From positions 85,368-149,367 of the forward strand of contig JBGTMQ010000017.1 of assembly GCA_041743505.1 (NCBI GenBank): a stretch of 64,000 bases of DNA, in the 5' to 3' direction. Position numbers and translations under genes: made by a program. Positions within the stretch are counted from its first letter, which is position 1; every line of letters starts with the position of its first letter. Positions 46,507-56,295 of the stretch are shown piece after piece. The notes beneath the pieces are model-generated. The model ran no database searches. It worked only from the letters and a program-made list of their open reading frames with translations, and had not been told where the DNA came from. Source of the DNA: Candidatus Saccharimonadia bacterium (GTDB lineage Bacteria; Patescibacteriota; Saccharimonadia; UBA4664).

Positions 46507-47352
46507 ATGGGACAGTATAAAGTTCCTCAAGACGTCGAGTCCGAAGATAAAATCCTTGGGCCGTTAACGTTCAAACAGTTTATTTACGCCTTGGTCGGGT
46601 TCGGTTGGGCCATCGTGTGCTTTGGTGTTTTTCAAAAAATACCTGTTGTAATGATTTTATTGGGATTGCCGCCTACAACGCTATTCTTGCTGCTGGCTTT
46701 TTACCGGCGCGATGGCCAGAACTTCGAGCAATTACTCATCGCCATGGTCGGCTTCTTCGGTAACGACCGCAAACGGCTCTGGCGCAAGGATGACGTGGCG
46801 GAGACGTTCCACATTGAGCCGCACAAGATCATCAAGGAGCAGAGCCAGCGCAACCCGGTCGAAGTCCGCAGTGAGCTAGAGCGCCTGGCTACCATGATCG
46901 ACGCCCGTGGCTGGAACCAAACGCCTGTCCCGGCCGCCGAGGTCATCTCGCCCATCGGCTACAATGCCGGCGACCGGCTGGTAGCACCGGACAGCACGCC
47001 GGCCAACAGCAACCTGCCCCAGCCTCAAGCCAGCGAAGACATGCTAGACCTACAACACAGCCCACTGGCCCAAAACCTGGCCAGCCTCATCGAGACGGCA
47101 GCTGCTGACGTCCGCGAAGAGGCCATCGGCCAAATGAAAGCCCGCCAAACCGCCGCCCAGCGTCAAGCCGCTACTGCCGCTGCCACTCCCGCCCAGAGCA
47201 TAAGCGGCGTGACAGCAACCAACCCGAACGATATAATGAGATTAGCAACGGAGAGGGATGACTTGACCGTCTCGCAGCTGGCCGCGACCGCCACTCGGAA
47301 CGCGCCCCTGCAAGAAGGTCAGTCAGTGAGTGTACGCGCAAATGGTCAATAA
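46507..47352 (+). CDS. VirB3/PrgI-like T4SS membrane protein
   Basis: An AGGAG RBS. Two closely spaced TM helices near the N-terminus (LTFKQFIYALVGFGWAIVCFGVF...VMILLGLPPTTLFLLLAFY), immediately upstream of the VirB4-like ATPase. Long hydrophilic C-terminal tail. Confidence 0.5.
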   Translation: MGQYKVPQDVESEDKILGPLTFKQFIYALVGFGWAIVCFGVFQKIPVVMILLGLPPTTLFLLLAFYRRDGQNFEQLLIAMVGFFGNDRKRLWRKDDVAETFHIEPHKIIKEQSQRNPVEVRSELERLATMIDARGWNQTPVPAAEVISPIGYNAGDRLVAPDSTPANSNLPQPQASEDMLDLQHSPLAQNLASLIETAAADVREEAIGQMKARQTAAQRQAATAAATPAQSISGVTATNPNDIMRLATERDDLTVSQLAATATRNAPLQEGQSVSVRANGQ

Positions 47353-48088
47353 CCAGTCAACCAGTAACCCAGCCAACACCGGCAAGAGCACTCAGGGCAG
47401 CTTGCTGATTTCTGAAATCAAAGACGGCGTGGTCGTAATGCGCGACGGCTCGTTGCGCGGCGTCATCCTCGGCTCGGCCATTAACTTCGACCTCATGAGC
47501 TCGCAGGAGCAGGAGGCCGTCGAATTTGCTTACCAGGGCTTTATTAACTCATTGCACTTTCCCGTCCAAATCAGTATCAAGAGCCAGAAAATAGACCTGG
47601 ACGGATATCTCGAAAAGTTAACCGCCCTGCGCAGTGCCCAGCCCAATGAGCTGCTCGGCCTGCTCATGGACGACTACATGGCTAACATCAAGGCCCTGGT
47701 CGACGAGGTCAACATTATGGACAAGCAGTTCTACGTCACCGTGCCGTTCTTCCCGCCGGTAAATCCCACCAAAACGGTTAGCCTCATTGCCGGCATCAAA
47801 GCCGCCTTACAACCCGTCCCGATTATTACGGTTGAAGAAGATGAGTTCAAAAAGTACAAGCAAGAGCTGTCGCAGCGCATGGCCTTGGTCTCAAGCGGCA
47901 TGTCCCAAATGGGCATCCGGGCGCTAGCCTTGGGTACCCAGGAGCTGGTTGACCTGTATTACGGCTGGTACAACCCGGATGTGGCCGTCAACGAGAAACT
48001 CATCGACACTTCACAGCTCACCTCACCGGTAGTTACCAAGGGTGACGGCGCCGCGCCCCGCGGACCATTACCGGGAGCACCAGTATGA
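47342..48088 (+). CDS. VirB4-like ATPase, N-terminal domain encoded as a separate ORF
   Basis: ISEIKDGVVVMRDGSLRGVILGSAINFDLMSSQEQEAVEFAYQGFINSLHFPVQISIKSQKIDLDGYLEKL matches the conserved VirB4/TrbE/CagE N-terminal region. The start overlaps the upstream stop. Confidence 0.55.
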   Translation: MVNNQSTSNPANTGKSTQGSLLISEIKDGVVVMRDGSLRGVILGSAINFDLMSSQEQEAVEFAYQGFINSLHFPVQISIKSQKIDLDGYLEKLTALRSAQPNELLGLLMDDYMANIKALVDEVNIMDKQFYVTVPFFPPVNPTKTVSLIAGIKAALQPVPIITVEEDEFKKYKQELSQRMALVSSGMSQMGIRALALGTQELVDLYYGWYNPDVAVNEKLIDTSQLTSPVVTKGDGAAPRGPLPGAPV

Positions 48089-48224
48089 GACGGTTCCGCC
48101 ACGCGTACCTGGATGCAGTACCAGGAAAGAGCGAAGCCCGGAGTGAGGCGTACTTAAACGTACGCCAAGCGAGGACTGTAGCTCATGACGCCGTAATGCG
48201 CCAGGTACGCGGGGAGGATAGCTA

Positions 48225-50114
48225 ATGGCTATATTTGGCAAAAAACAAGAACCAATGACACCAGGCGGCCTGGCCGCAGCTCAACAAGCTCAAGAGCAGC
48301 GCGAAGCCGAGTTAATCTACCGCCAAGGCATTGTCACCATGCGCGACCTCATCGCGCCACCATCACTCGAGATCGAGTCAGGCTACATTCGGCTAGGCAA
48401 GCGCTTCGCCAAGACCATTTACGTCTACGGTTTTCCCCGCCAGGTCTTTACCGGCTGGCTATCGCCCATTATCAACCTGGACGAAATTATCGACATTTCG
48501 CTGTTTATTTATCCCGTAGAGAGCAAGGTCGTGCTGGAAAACCTGCGCAAAAAAGTCGGTCAGCTGGAGGCCAGTTACTCGATCAACCAGGAGAAGGGCA
48601 AAGTCCGCGACCCTGGACTCGAAGCCGCCATCCAAGACGCCGAGGAACTGCGTGACAAACTCCAGGTAGGGGAGGAGCGCTTCTTCCGCTTCGGCTTGTA
48701 CCTCACCATGTATGCCGATTCACTCGACGAGCTCACCCAAGTCACCCGCAAAATCGAGGGCATTTTCGGCCAGTCACTGGTCTACACCAAGCCGGCCACC
48801 ATGCAGATGGAGCAGGGCTTCAACTCCACCACACCGCTCGGCTCAGACCAGCTCGGCATCTCCCGCAACATGAACACCGGCGCCCTGTCTACCAGTTTCC
48901 CGTTCACCTCGGCCGAATTGAGCCGCAACGAAGGAGTGTTGTACGGCCTCAACCGGCACAACAACGGTTTGGTTTTGTTTGACCGCTTCTCGCTCGAAAA
49001 CGCCAACATGGTCGTGTTCGCCAAGTCCGGCGCCGGTAAGTCCTTCGCTATCAAGCTCGAAGCCCTACGTAGCCTCATGATGGGCACCGAAATCATCATC
49101 ATCGACCCGGAGAACGAGTACAAAACCCTCGCAGAGGCCGTCGGCGGCAGCTACCTGCGCCTGTCCCTGGCTGCCACCACCCGCATCAATCCCTTTGACC
49201 TGCCGCGCGTCTTTGACCAGGAAGAGGCCGACAACGCCTTGCAGGCCAACATTATCACTCTGCACGGCCTGCTGCGCCTCATGATGGGTGGTGCCTCCGT
49301 CAACACCACCACCGGCGCCACGCTCACCACACCACTGACTCCGGCCGAAGACGCCGACCTGGACGTGGCTATCATCAACACCTACGCCCGCGCCGGCATC
49401 ACCAAAGACCCGTTGACCCACAACGTCATGCCGCCAACCATGAATGACCTCTATAACACCCTGGCCTCCATGACCGGCAACGGCCCCGGACTGGCCCAGC
49501 GCCTGCGCAAATACACCACCGGCACATTCAGTGGTATCTTCTCAGAACAGTCCAACGTCAAACTCGACAACCCGTTCCTGGTCTTCAACATCCGCGACCT
49601 CGAAGACGAACTGCGGCCCGTCGGCATGTACATCGTCCTAAATTACATCTGGAACAAGGTCAAATCCGACAAGCGTAGGCGCATCCTCATCGTGGACGAG
49701 GCTTGGCAGCTCATGAAATACGACGACTCGGCTGCCTTCATGTTCTCTCTGGCCAAACGTGCCCGCAAGTACTTCCTCGGCCTTACCACCATCTCCCAGG
49801 ACGTGGAAGACTTCTTGAGTAACAAAATGGGCCGGGCAGTCGTGGCCAACTCCTCGCTACAGCTCTTGCTCAAGCAAGCCCCCAGCGCCATCGACATCGT
49901 GGCCGACACCTTCAAGCTCACCAGCGAGGAGAAAAACCGCCTCAGCCAGTTCCCGGTCGGTGAAGGATTGTTCTTTGCCGGTCTCAACCACGTCATCATT
50001 CGCATTCTCGCCTCACAAACCGAAGCCGAGCTCATCTCAACCAACCCGCAAGCTCTCCAAGCCGCCCGCCAGGAGCAGGCTGAGGCTGATGCCGGTCGCC
50101 AAGGAGCAGCCTGA
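48225..50114 (+). CDS. VirB4/TrbE-like T4SS ATPase, central and C-terminal ATPase part
   Basis: A GGGGAGGA RBS; Walker A FAKSGAGKSF; Walker B RRILIVDEAWQLM; conserved VirB4 middle region (IAPPSLEIESGYIRLGKRFAKTIYVYGFP). Confidence 0.8.
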   Translation: MAIFGKKQEPMTPGGLAAAQQAQEQREAELIYRQGIVTMRDLIAPPSLEIESGYIRLGKRFAKTIYVYGFPRQVFTGWLSPIINLDEIIDISLFIYPVESKVVLENLRKKVGQLEASYSINQEKGKVRDPGLEAAIQDAEELRDKLQVGEERFFRFGLYLTMYADSLDELTQVTRKIEGIFGQSLVYTKPATMQMEQGFNSTTPLGSDQLGISRNMNTGALSTSFPFTSAELSRNEGVLYGLNRHNNGLVLFDRFSLENANMVVFAKSGAGKSFAIKLEALRSLMMGTEIIIIDPENEYKTLAEAVGGSYLRLSLAATTRINPFDLPRVFDQEEADNALQANIITLHGLLRLMMGGASVNTTTGATLTTPLTPAEDADLDVAIINTYARAGITKDPLTHNVMPPTMNDLYNTLASMTGNGPGLAQRLRKYTTGTFSGIFSEQSNVKLDNPFLVFNIRDLEDELRPVGMYIVLNYIWNKVKSDKRRRILIVDEAWQLMKYDDSAAFMFSLAKRARKYFLGLTTISQDVEDFLSNKMGRAVVANSSLQLLLKQAPSAIDIVADTFKLTSEEKNRLSQFPVGEGLFFAGLNHVIIRILASQTEAELISTNPQALQAARQEQAEADAGRQGAA

Positions 50115-50136
50115 TGAGGCACAAGGAGGGTAAGTA

Positions 50137-53088
50137 GTGGCAGAACCAGCACGGCCACTCGACTCTGATCAACCCGAATACCTGGATTCACGGGCCGCAC
50201 GTAAAGCCCGCATGCGTGGTGGCTCTATCGAAGGTGGCGGTGAGGGCGGCGAACCAGTCAACCGCGACCTCCGGGCAGTTCCCGAATCCGAGACCAAGCC
50301 CGAAGCCCCGGCCAACGAGATGGGGGACAACGCAAAAAATCAGGGCCGCCCTAACCTCCGGGTAATCCCGGGAGGCAAAAGCGATAATGCCGGTTCGCGG
50401 ACCGGCGGAGCCCCAGACCCCGGCGCCTCAGGCGGCCAAAATAACCCCGCTGGTGGGCCCGGCTCCAAGAGCAGCAAAGGCGGCGTCGGCGGCAAACTGG
50501 GGCAAATGTTCGGCCGCAACAAGAAAAAAATGATAGCCGGCGGTGGCATCGGCGCCGTTCTCATAAGTGCAATCCTCGGCGTCATCGCTCTTCTGCCCCT
50601 CAAAATGGAATCGTTAATCCAAAACGTCATCAAGGATGAGTTCAAGCGTGCTAACTATGCGGTTGGTGAGCGGGCCGAAGTGCTCGCGGTCTATTACTTG
50701 GCCCGTAAAGCCAATGTTGACATTGGCAGAAATATTGTAACCGGCGGTCCCGTCGATCTCCTGTTCGGCAATATGGCCAAGAACGACTTCGAAAAAACAC
50801 TTCTCAAAAACCATGGTATTAAAGTTGAAGCAGGTTCCGCCAGGGGTCGCATTAAGGTTACGTATACAGGACCGTACGAGACTAAGAGCATCGACGATCC
50901 GCTTAGTGAGTATATTAACCAAGACCTCAGTAGCAACGATTCCCGTGCATTCTTAAAAGCCGCCACGAAAGAATATACCAGAAGTGCCACCAAATACCCG
51001 CTTGTGCTTATCCGACGCCACATCCGGTCCTGGATGCGCAACGCCTACGGCATTCGTAAATGGAAGCTTTATGACGGCAAAAAGGGCAAAGAGGCCAGTA
51101 AATTTATTGATGGTGAAATCCGGACTGCAGCCATGAGTTCCTATGGAGATCGTGTAGGTAGAGGTTTGAGTTGTATCTTGGGCGATAAAGCCAGTTGTCC
51201 CGACGCGGCCAAAGCCAACCCCAATCCAAACGAGGGCCGGCCCGCCAATGCCGATGGCGAAGCTGCCAGACTGGCGCTAAACGAAGCCATCTCTGAGGTA
51301 GCTGGGAGCGAAGAAACCTTGACTACCGATGCCGTGACAAAAAAAGTTAGCGAAAGCTTACTCAAGCAAACCGCCACCAAAGCCATCCCCATCATTGGCT
51401 GGATCGACCTCGCTGCCCGCATCGATGATGTCGTCTGGCATAATATTATCGGCCAAATCATCGCCGACTACCGCGCTGCGCAATACGCCGCCACCTTCGC
51501 CATCTTCGCCACCGCCGCCGACAACCAAAAGGAGGGCATAGACGGCACTACCAAGAACCGTGCCTCCGGCGACGAAGTCAACGCCGTCATGCTCAAGGTA
51601 GCTGATGTTCATAAGTCAGCCGACTTCCAGCGAATTTTTTTTAACCGGGCCGGCGGTCAAAAGCTGCCTCCAGAAAAACAAGTCAACAGCGCCAACGCTG
51701 CCAGCTTTACCGCCGGCTATCAAAAGGAAATGTTCATCTTCCATTACGGTATCTTCGTTCCATACCTAGCCACTATTGGCCAAGTTGTCAACTTCCTTGG
51801 CGACCTTATCGGCGGGGTTCTCGGGGTAATTGGCGACGCCCTCACCGCGGTGCTGCCGTTTTTGAACGACGTCAAAAAATTCATAGGTGAAGTCATGATG
51901 AAAGTATTTCAATGGATCTTCCCGCCGGTAGTAACCGGCGCCGAACGCGACGGAGAACTCTTTACCGCCATCGACACCGGCGCCGATGTCACCGCCAACG
52001 ATTTCTGCAAAGGTGTCTTGGGCTGTGTCAAAGTATCACCCACCGCCGCCGCCGAAGCTGACCGCCGAATAGCTATAAATGAAGCCACCGAGTTTAGACA
52101 GCAGGACCTTATTTCCCGCATTACCGATATTCAGAACCCCAACGCCTTCGGTGCCCGTTTCCTCGCCCTCATGCCCACCAGCGTCGGCAGTGTTACTAGT
52201 CAAACTCAAGACTATTTGGCGTCCATTTTTTCCAACCCCTTACGATTCTTTGCGCCATTCCTGGGTGTACTGTCTCACACCTTAGCGCATGGTGTCAGCG
52301 CTGACGCGCCCATTCCCAAAGAGCATGGTGTCCAACAGTACAATGTAACCCAAGAAATGATCGATGCCCCCTTGAACGAGCTCGTCGCCAGCGGCAAGGC
52401 CAAAACCCGCGAAGACTGTCTCAACCCGTCCATAAATCCCGAAGCCGCCAACCCCGAAGGACCCAATAGCTGTCTCTTGGAGCTAGCCGCCGTTCAAGCT
52501 ATGAATGCCGTTTACACCAAAGACAATGACGGTGGTCTCGAGCCCGAAGCCGGCGCACCCGCCGGCGGTGGCGGTATCATCAATGGACCTGGCGGCAATA
52601 TAGCCACAGCCGGCTGCAACGACGCTAGAACCTGCGCCCAAAAAATCCTAGCTCTTGTACCAAGCAAAATTACCTTCCAGCAACCCAGCGACCGGTCAGA
52701 CATGGAAAAAGTTGCCAACGGCCAACCAGTCGTTTACTGCCAGGTCAATGGCCCCATCAACACCACGCTGCTCCAAGCCATCGTCGTGGCCGGCCAGACC
52801 TACAGCTTTAGCATCAACGCCCTAGCCTCCGGTCACGGCAAATGTGACGGCGCCTTCCACGACAAGGGCCGAGCCGTTGACGTCGGCAACGTGAACGGCG
52901 TCCAAGCCACCCAATCAAACCTTGGCACCGCCACCTACAAACAATTTGCTCAATTCATTGCCAATCTCTTACCAAACGGCGGTCTTGGCCAAATGCAATG
53001 CCTCGGTTCACTCAGCCCTGCGCCCCACCGCTACTTTGAAGATGGTTGCAACCACATTCACTTCGATGTCGGGGCTGGTGCCCCTTGA
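50137..53088 (+). CDS. large bitopic membrane protein with a C-terminal M15-like (Hedgehog/DD-peptidase fold) zinc-peptidase motif
   Basis: GTG start after an AAGGAGGG RBS. Gly-rich disordered cytoplasmic N-terminus, one TM helix (IGAVLISAILGVIALLPL), an ~830-aa extracytoplasmic region, and a C-terminal SGHGKCDGAFHDKGRAVDV...GCNHIHFDV stretch that resembles H-x7-D...H-x-H zinc ligands. Confidence 0.45.
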   Translation: MAEPARPLDSDQPEYLDSRAARKARMRGGSIEGGGEGGEPVNRDLRAVPESETKPEAPANEMGDNAKNQGRPNLRVIPGGKSDNAGSRTGGAPDPGASGGQNNPAGGPGSKSSKGGVGGKLGQMFGRNKKKMIAGGGIGAVLISAILGVIALLPLKMESLIQNVIKDEFKRANYAVGERAEVLAVYYLARKANVDIGRNIVTGGPVDLLFGNMAKNDFEKTLLKNHGIKVEAGSARGRIKVTYTGPYETKSIDDPLSEYINQDLSSNDSRAFLKAATKEYTRSATKYPLVLIRRHIRSWMRNAYGIRKWKLYDGKKGKEASKFIDGEIRTAAMSSYGDRVGRGLSCILGDKASCPDAAKANPNPNEGRPANADGEAARLALNEAISEVAGSEETLTTDAVTKKVSESLLKQTATKAIPIIGWIDLAARIDDVVWHNIIGQIIADYRAAQYAATFAIFATAADNQKEGIDGTTKNRASGDEVNAVMLKVADVHKSADFQRIFFNRAGGQKLPPEKQVNSANAASFTAGYQKEMFIFHYGIFVPYLATIGQVVNFLGDLIGGVLGVIGDALTAVLPFLNDVKKFIGEVMMKVFQWIFPPVVTGAERDGELFTAIDTGADVTANDFCKGVLGCVKVSPTAAAEADRRIAINEATEFRQQDLISRITDIQNPNAFGARFLALMPTSVGSVTSQTQDYLASIFSNPLRFFAPFLGVLSHTLAHGVSADAPIPKEHGVQQYNVTQEMIDAPLNELVASGKAKTREDCLNPSINPEAANPEGPNSCLLELAAVQAMNAVYTKDNDGGLEPEAGAPAGGGGIINGPGGNIATAGCNDARTCAQKILALVPSKITFQQPSDRSDMEKVANGQPVVYCQVNGPINTTLLQAIVVAGQTYSFSINALASGHGKCDGAFHDKGRAVDVGNVNGVQATQSNLGTATYKQFAQFIANLLPNGGLGQMQCLGSLSPAPHRYFEDGCNHIHFDVGAGAP

Positions 53089-54419
53089 AAAAGGTCATCC
53101 TTCGATTCATTGTCATTAGCATCATGGCAACACTCATACCATCGGGTGTTTTTGCCGTTTCGCCGGAGGACCGCCATGCCATCTATAACAATACGGTCTG
53201 GTATGACCCCTATGCCGTCGAGTGCGGCCCAATCGGTACGGGCATCACCCCTGGCGGCGGTGGACCAGCCGCTCCAGGATCGGATAACATGGAAGAAATC
53301 TGGAACAACCTCATCACCAGACTGACACCGTTCCAAGTAGCCGGCATCATGGGTAACATGCAGTCCGAATCCGGGTTTGACCCCTACATTGTCCAGGGTG
53401 GTGGCCATTCACAAAACCCGTCAGTTGCGGGTGAAGGCGTGGGTTACGGCCTGGTGCAATGGACACCCGGCTCCAAGCTCACCACACTGCTAGCCGGTAA
53501 ACCACCCACCATCCCCAACCAAATCGATGCCTTATGGGTCCAGCTAACCGGCACCGGCGCCCATTCCGAAAAAAAAGCCGGCGACAATTTACGAGCCACC
53601 ACCAGCATTGATGACGCCACAGTAGTTTTCGAGCTTCAGTACGAACGGCACGCCGGCGGGGCCCAGCCGGCCCGCAAAACCCAGGCTCATGCCATCCACA
53701 AACTCGCTCAAGAAAAAGGCTGGAACATGGGCACCGCCGTAGTAGTGCCGGTTGGCAGCGGCGGACCCGGCGGGGGACCAGGCGGCGGCCCGGCTAGTAC
53801 AACACCCCAATCAGCCGCCAACTGTACAGCACCAGCTGGTGCCGGTGGTGTCGGTTGCACCAACGGCGCCAACATATTGCCAGTGCCCCCAGGGGGGAAG
53901 GGAACACCTGCCTGCTACTTCAACCAATCCGACCTCAGTGGCGGCAACTACGATTGGCCCGAATGTGGCTGCCTGCCGACCTCAGCTCTCATCATCCGGG
54001 CCTCGGTCGAAAACAATCCAACCCTTGATCCGGTCAGTGTGCTTGAGGGCGTCCGCTCCAAAGGCGGGGTCCATGAGGGGGGATGCTTGGGTGTACATGG
54101 AGGCGCCATCAACTACATCCAGTCACTAGGCTACCAAACCCAAACCATTGTTCCGTGGCATGGAACAATTACCGATGCCTCAATCGCCACAATAACTAAT
54201 ATGCTTGGACAAGGTTTCATGTTCATGACCCATACTTCTAAATCAATTGACAGCGCCGGCTCTAAAGACACCCCGGGCCACTTCCTAGTCATCCATGCCG
54301 TCGATGCCCAAGGCAATTTCTACGTCGCAAACCCCGGAGCCCGGGCCGATAACAATAAACCTGTTCCAGCCTCCAGAGTAAAAGTCTGGCTGGACATGGC
54401 GGTAGCATTCAAAAAATGA
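53046..54419 (+). CDS. secreted cell-wall hydrolase (VirB1 functional analogue): lysozyme-like domain plus C-terminal CHAP-like peptidase
   Basis: Signal peptide (alternative TTG start at 53085). The AGIMGNMQSESGFDP...GYGLVQWTPG motif is typical of the phage-tail-lysozyme-type muramidase domain found in Gram-positive conjugation hydrolases. The C-terminal Cys...His region (GHFLVIHAVDAQGNFYVANPG) is CHAP-like. Confidence 0.55.
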   Translation: MQPHSLRCRGWCPLKKVILRFIVISIMATLIPSGVFAVSPEDRHAIYNNTVWYDPYAVECGPIGTGITPGGGGPAAPGSDNMEEIWNNLITRLTPFQVAGIMGNMQSESGFDPYIVQGGGHSQNPSVAGEGVGYGLVQWTPGSKLTTLLAGKPPTIPNQIDALWVQLTGTGAHSEKKAGDNLRATTSIDDATVVFELQYERHAGGAQPARKTQAHAIHKLAQEKGWNMGTAVVVPVGSGGPGGGPGGGPASTTPQSAANCTAPAGAGGVGCTNGANILPVPPGGKGTPACYFNQSDLSGGNYDWPECGCLPTSALIIRASVENNPTLDPVSVLEGVRSKGGVHEGGCLGVHGGAINYIQSLGYQTQTIVPWHGTITDASIATITNMLGQGFMFMTHTSKSIDSAGSKDTPGHFLVIHAVDAQGNFYVANPGARADNNKPVPASRVKVWLDMAVAFKK

Positions 54420-54934
54420 TGGACTACCTACGCAATCACCCAATCCTGTCTCTGTTAGTCGGCGGTGGTATTGTGCTAATCGCCATCATTGCAGTAACCG
54501 TCCAAGCGCTCCAATCCAACGATCCCAAAGCAGATCAAGACCCCCAACAAGCTACCAGCTTCTACAGTCCCTTAGCCCAAACCTCAGATAGTCTGCTCGT
54601 AAACTACGGTGGTAGCGCCGACCCCAACCAGGACGCCGTCCATGGACGGTTCAAAGTCCTCGGTCTTGACGCCATGCCGCTACCCCAGTCCGTCAAAGAC
54701 TCCCTGTCATCATCACTAACCACGTCTCTGGAAAAAGTCATAACACCCACGTACTCTTTGGCCTATATTCACATAGACCGCAGTAGTATTAACTGCCACA
54801 CCCAATTTGATTGCCGTTTCTCGCTCTACATAGATAGCCCCGAAAGCTACCACTCTTACCACTCTTACCTCAAACCGGATGGCAGCCAAGCCTACTCGCT
54901 CACCGCTCAACCATTCCCGGGAGCCGGCCAATGA
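54416..54934 (+). CDS. hypothetical bitopic membrane protein
   Basis: 172 aa, one N-terminal TM helix. Translationally coupled (the start overlaps the upstream stop). Confidence 0.4.
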   Translation: MMDYLRNHPILSLLVGGGIVLIAIIAVTVQALQSNDPKADQDPQQATSFYSPLAQTSDSLLVNYGGSADPNQDAVHGRFKVLGLDAMPLPQSVKDSLSSSLTTSLEKVITPTYSLAYIHIDRSSINCHTQFDCRFSLYIDSPESYHSYHSYLKPDGSQAYSLTAQPFPGAGQ

Positions 54935-56277
54935 ATACAGGTATATTAATCCGGCGCGCCATTCTCGGCCTGATACTAATCGGCGCCTTAACCGGCTTTT
55001 GGTACTTCACGATTAGTCATAGTTTTGTGCAATTGACCTTGCCATCAGGAACCGACAAAGCTGAGGTCACCAATAGCCAAACCGGCCGTACCATCACCAC
55101 CCGCGCCAGCTCAGGCTGGATCAACCTGCCCACGGGTGACTACGTCATCACCTACTACCAGGCAGGACAAGCAACCAATATGCAATTCACTCACATCGGG
55201 CCGTTGTCTGTGCAATCCGTCAAACCATCCCAGGCCCAGCCCGGCCAAAAACCGTTAACCGTACTCAACCACGCCGCTGACCTCGTAACGCCGCTTGGTA
55301 ATGGCTACTTGTATCTGGACAAAGCAACCCGCGGACTCAGCTATGCGGATGCGGCCGGAACCACCGACATCAGTGCCCGCTTCCACCTCACAACCAATCC
55401 CGGGGCCAGTCTGGCAGTCAGTGACCAGTCGATCCTCAACACCGTTATTGGCCTCGAACCGGTCACCGGCGGGGGAGTCGTCGTTACCACCACCCGGGGA
55501 GTTTTTACCGCTAGTAGCCCAACCAACATAACCCAGCTCCCGGTTTTTCCTACCGCTAACTTGAACCACACCTCCAGCGCCTACGACCGCCAAACTGGTA
55601 GCCTGTTCGTGCTCTCCAGCTACTCCAAAACCCTCTACCGCTACAATCTCAATAAACCAGCTGCCGCTCCGGCCGTCTTCTATCAAGGCAAACTCGAACT
55701 CAACCGCCTAGCAGCCGGGGGTGGCAAAGTGGTCGCCTACTTCGACTCAGTTCCATCCACCGAGCCAGCTGTGCTCGCCCAGTACGCCTTTAAACGCCAA
55801 CTCAACCCGCTCGTCATCGATGCAGACGGCCAACTCATCAAAGAACTAACCGGCTTCCAACCCGCCACCTATCTCTCGGTATCAGCCAGCGGTAACTACC
55901 TGGCTATCAAGAAGAAACTGGCCGGGTCAATCACCATCTACGATCTGGCTTCAAACAAAACTACTACGATACCCAGCCATGACACTGGCGGCGCCGGCTG
56001 GCGCGGCGACACGTTCTATCTGGCTCGAGACAACGCCATTTGGTCGTATAATACTATTGACGACGATGGCCTCACAAAAGTCGCTGGTACTAATGCACCC
56101 GTAACTCGACTGGTATTAACGCCTAGCCAAACCATTTTGACCACCAATCAAAATACAACCGCCAGCCTAGAAAAAACCGGGGCCACGAAAACACCTGTCA
56201 CTGTTCCATCCGCCCCCGGAACACCGGACCCTGCGCGCTACATTTACTACGCGCCACCACCGGAAACCGGCCGCTAA
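54931..56277 (+). CDS. hypothetical bitopic membrane protein with a large beta-rich ectodomain
   Basis: 448 aa, N-terminal TM helix, Thr/Ser/Gly-rich ectodomain. The start overlaps the upstream stop. Confidence 0.4.
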   Translation: MNTGILIRRAILGLILIGALTGFWYFTISHSFVQLTLPSGTDKAEVTNSQTGRTITTRASSGWINLPTGDYVITYYQAGQATNMQFTHIGPLSVQSVKPSQAQPGQKPLTVLNHAADLVTPLGNGYLYLDKATRGLSYADAAGTTDISARFHLTTNPGASLAVSDQSILNTVIGLEPVTGGGVVVTTTRGVFTASSPTNITQLPVFPTANLNHTSSAYDRQTGSLFVLSSYSKTLYRYNLNKPAAAPAVFYQGKLELNRLAAGGGKVVAYFDSVPSTEPAVLAQYAFKRQLNPLVIDADGQLIKELTGFQPATYLSVSASGNYLAIKKKLAGSITIYDLASNKTTTIPSHDTGGAGWRGDTFYLARDNAIWSYNTIDDDGLTKVAGTNAPVTRLVLTPSQTILTTNQNTTASLEKTGATKTPVTVPSAPGTPDPARYIYYAPPPETGR

Positions 56278-56295
56278 TATTATCAGGAGAGTACC

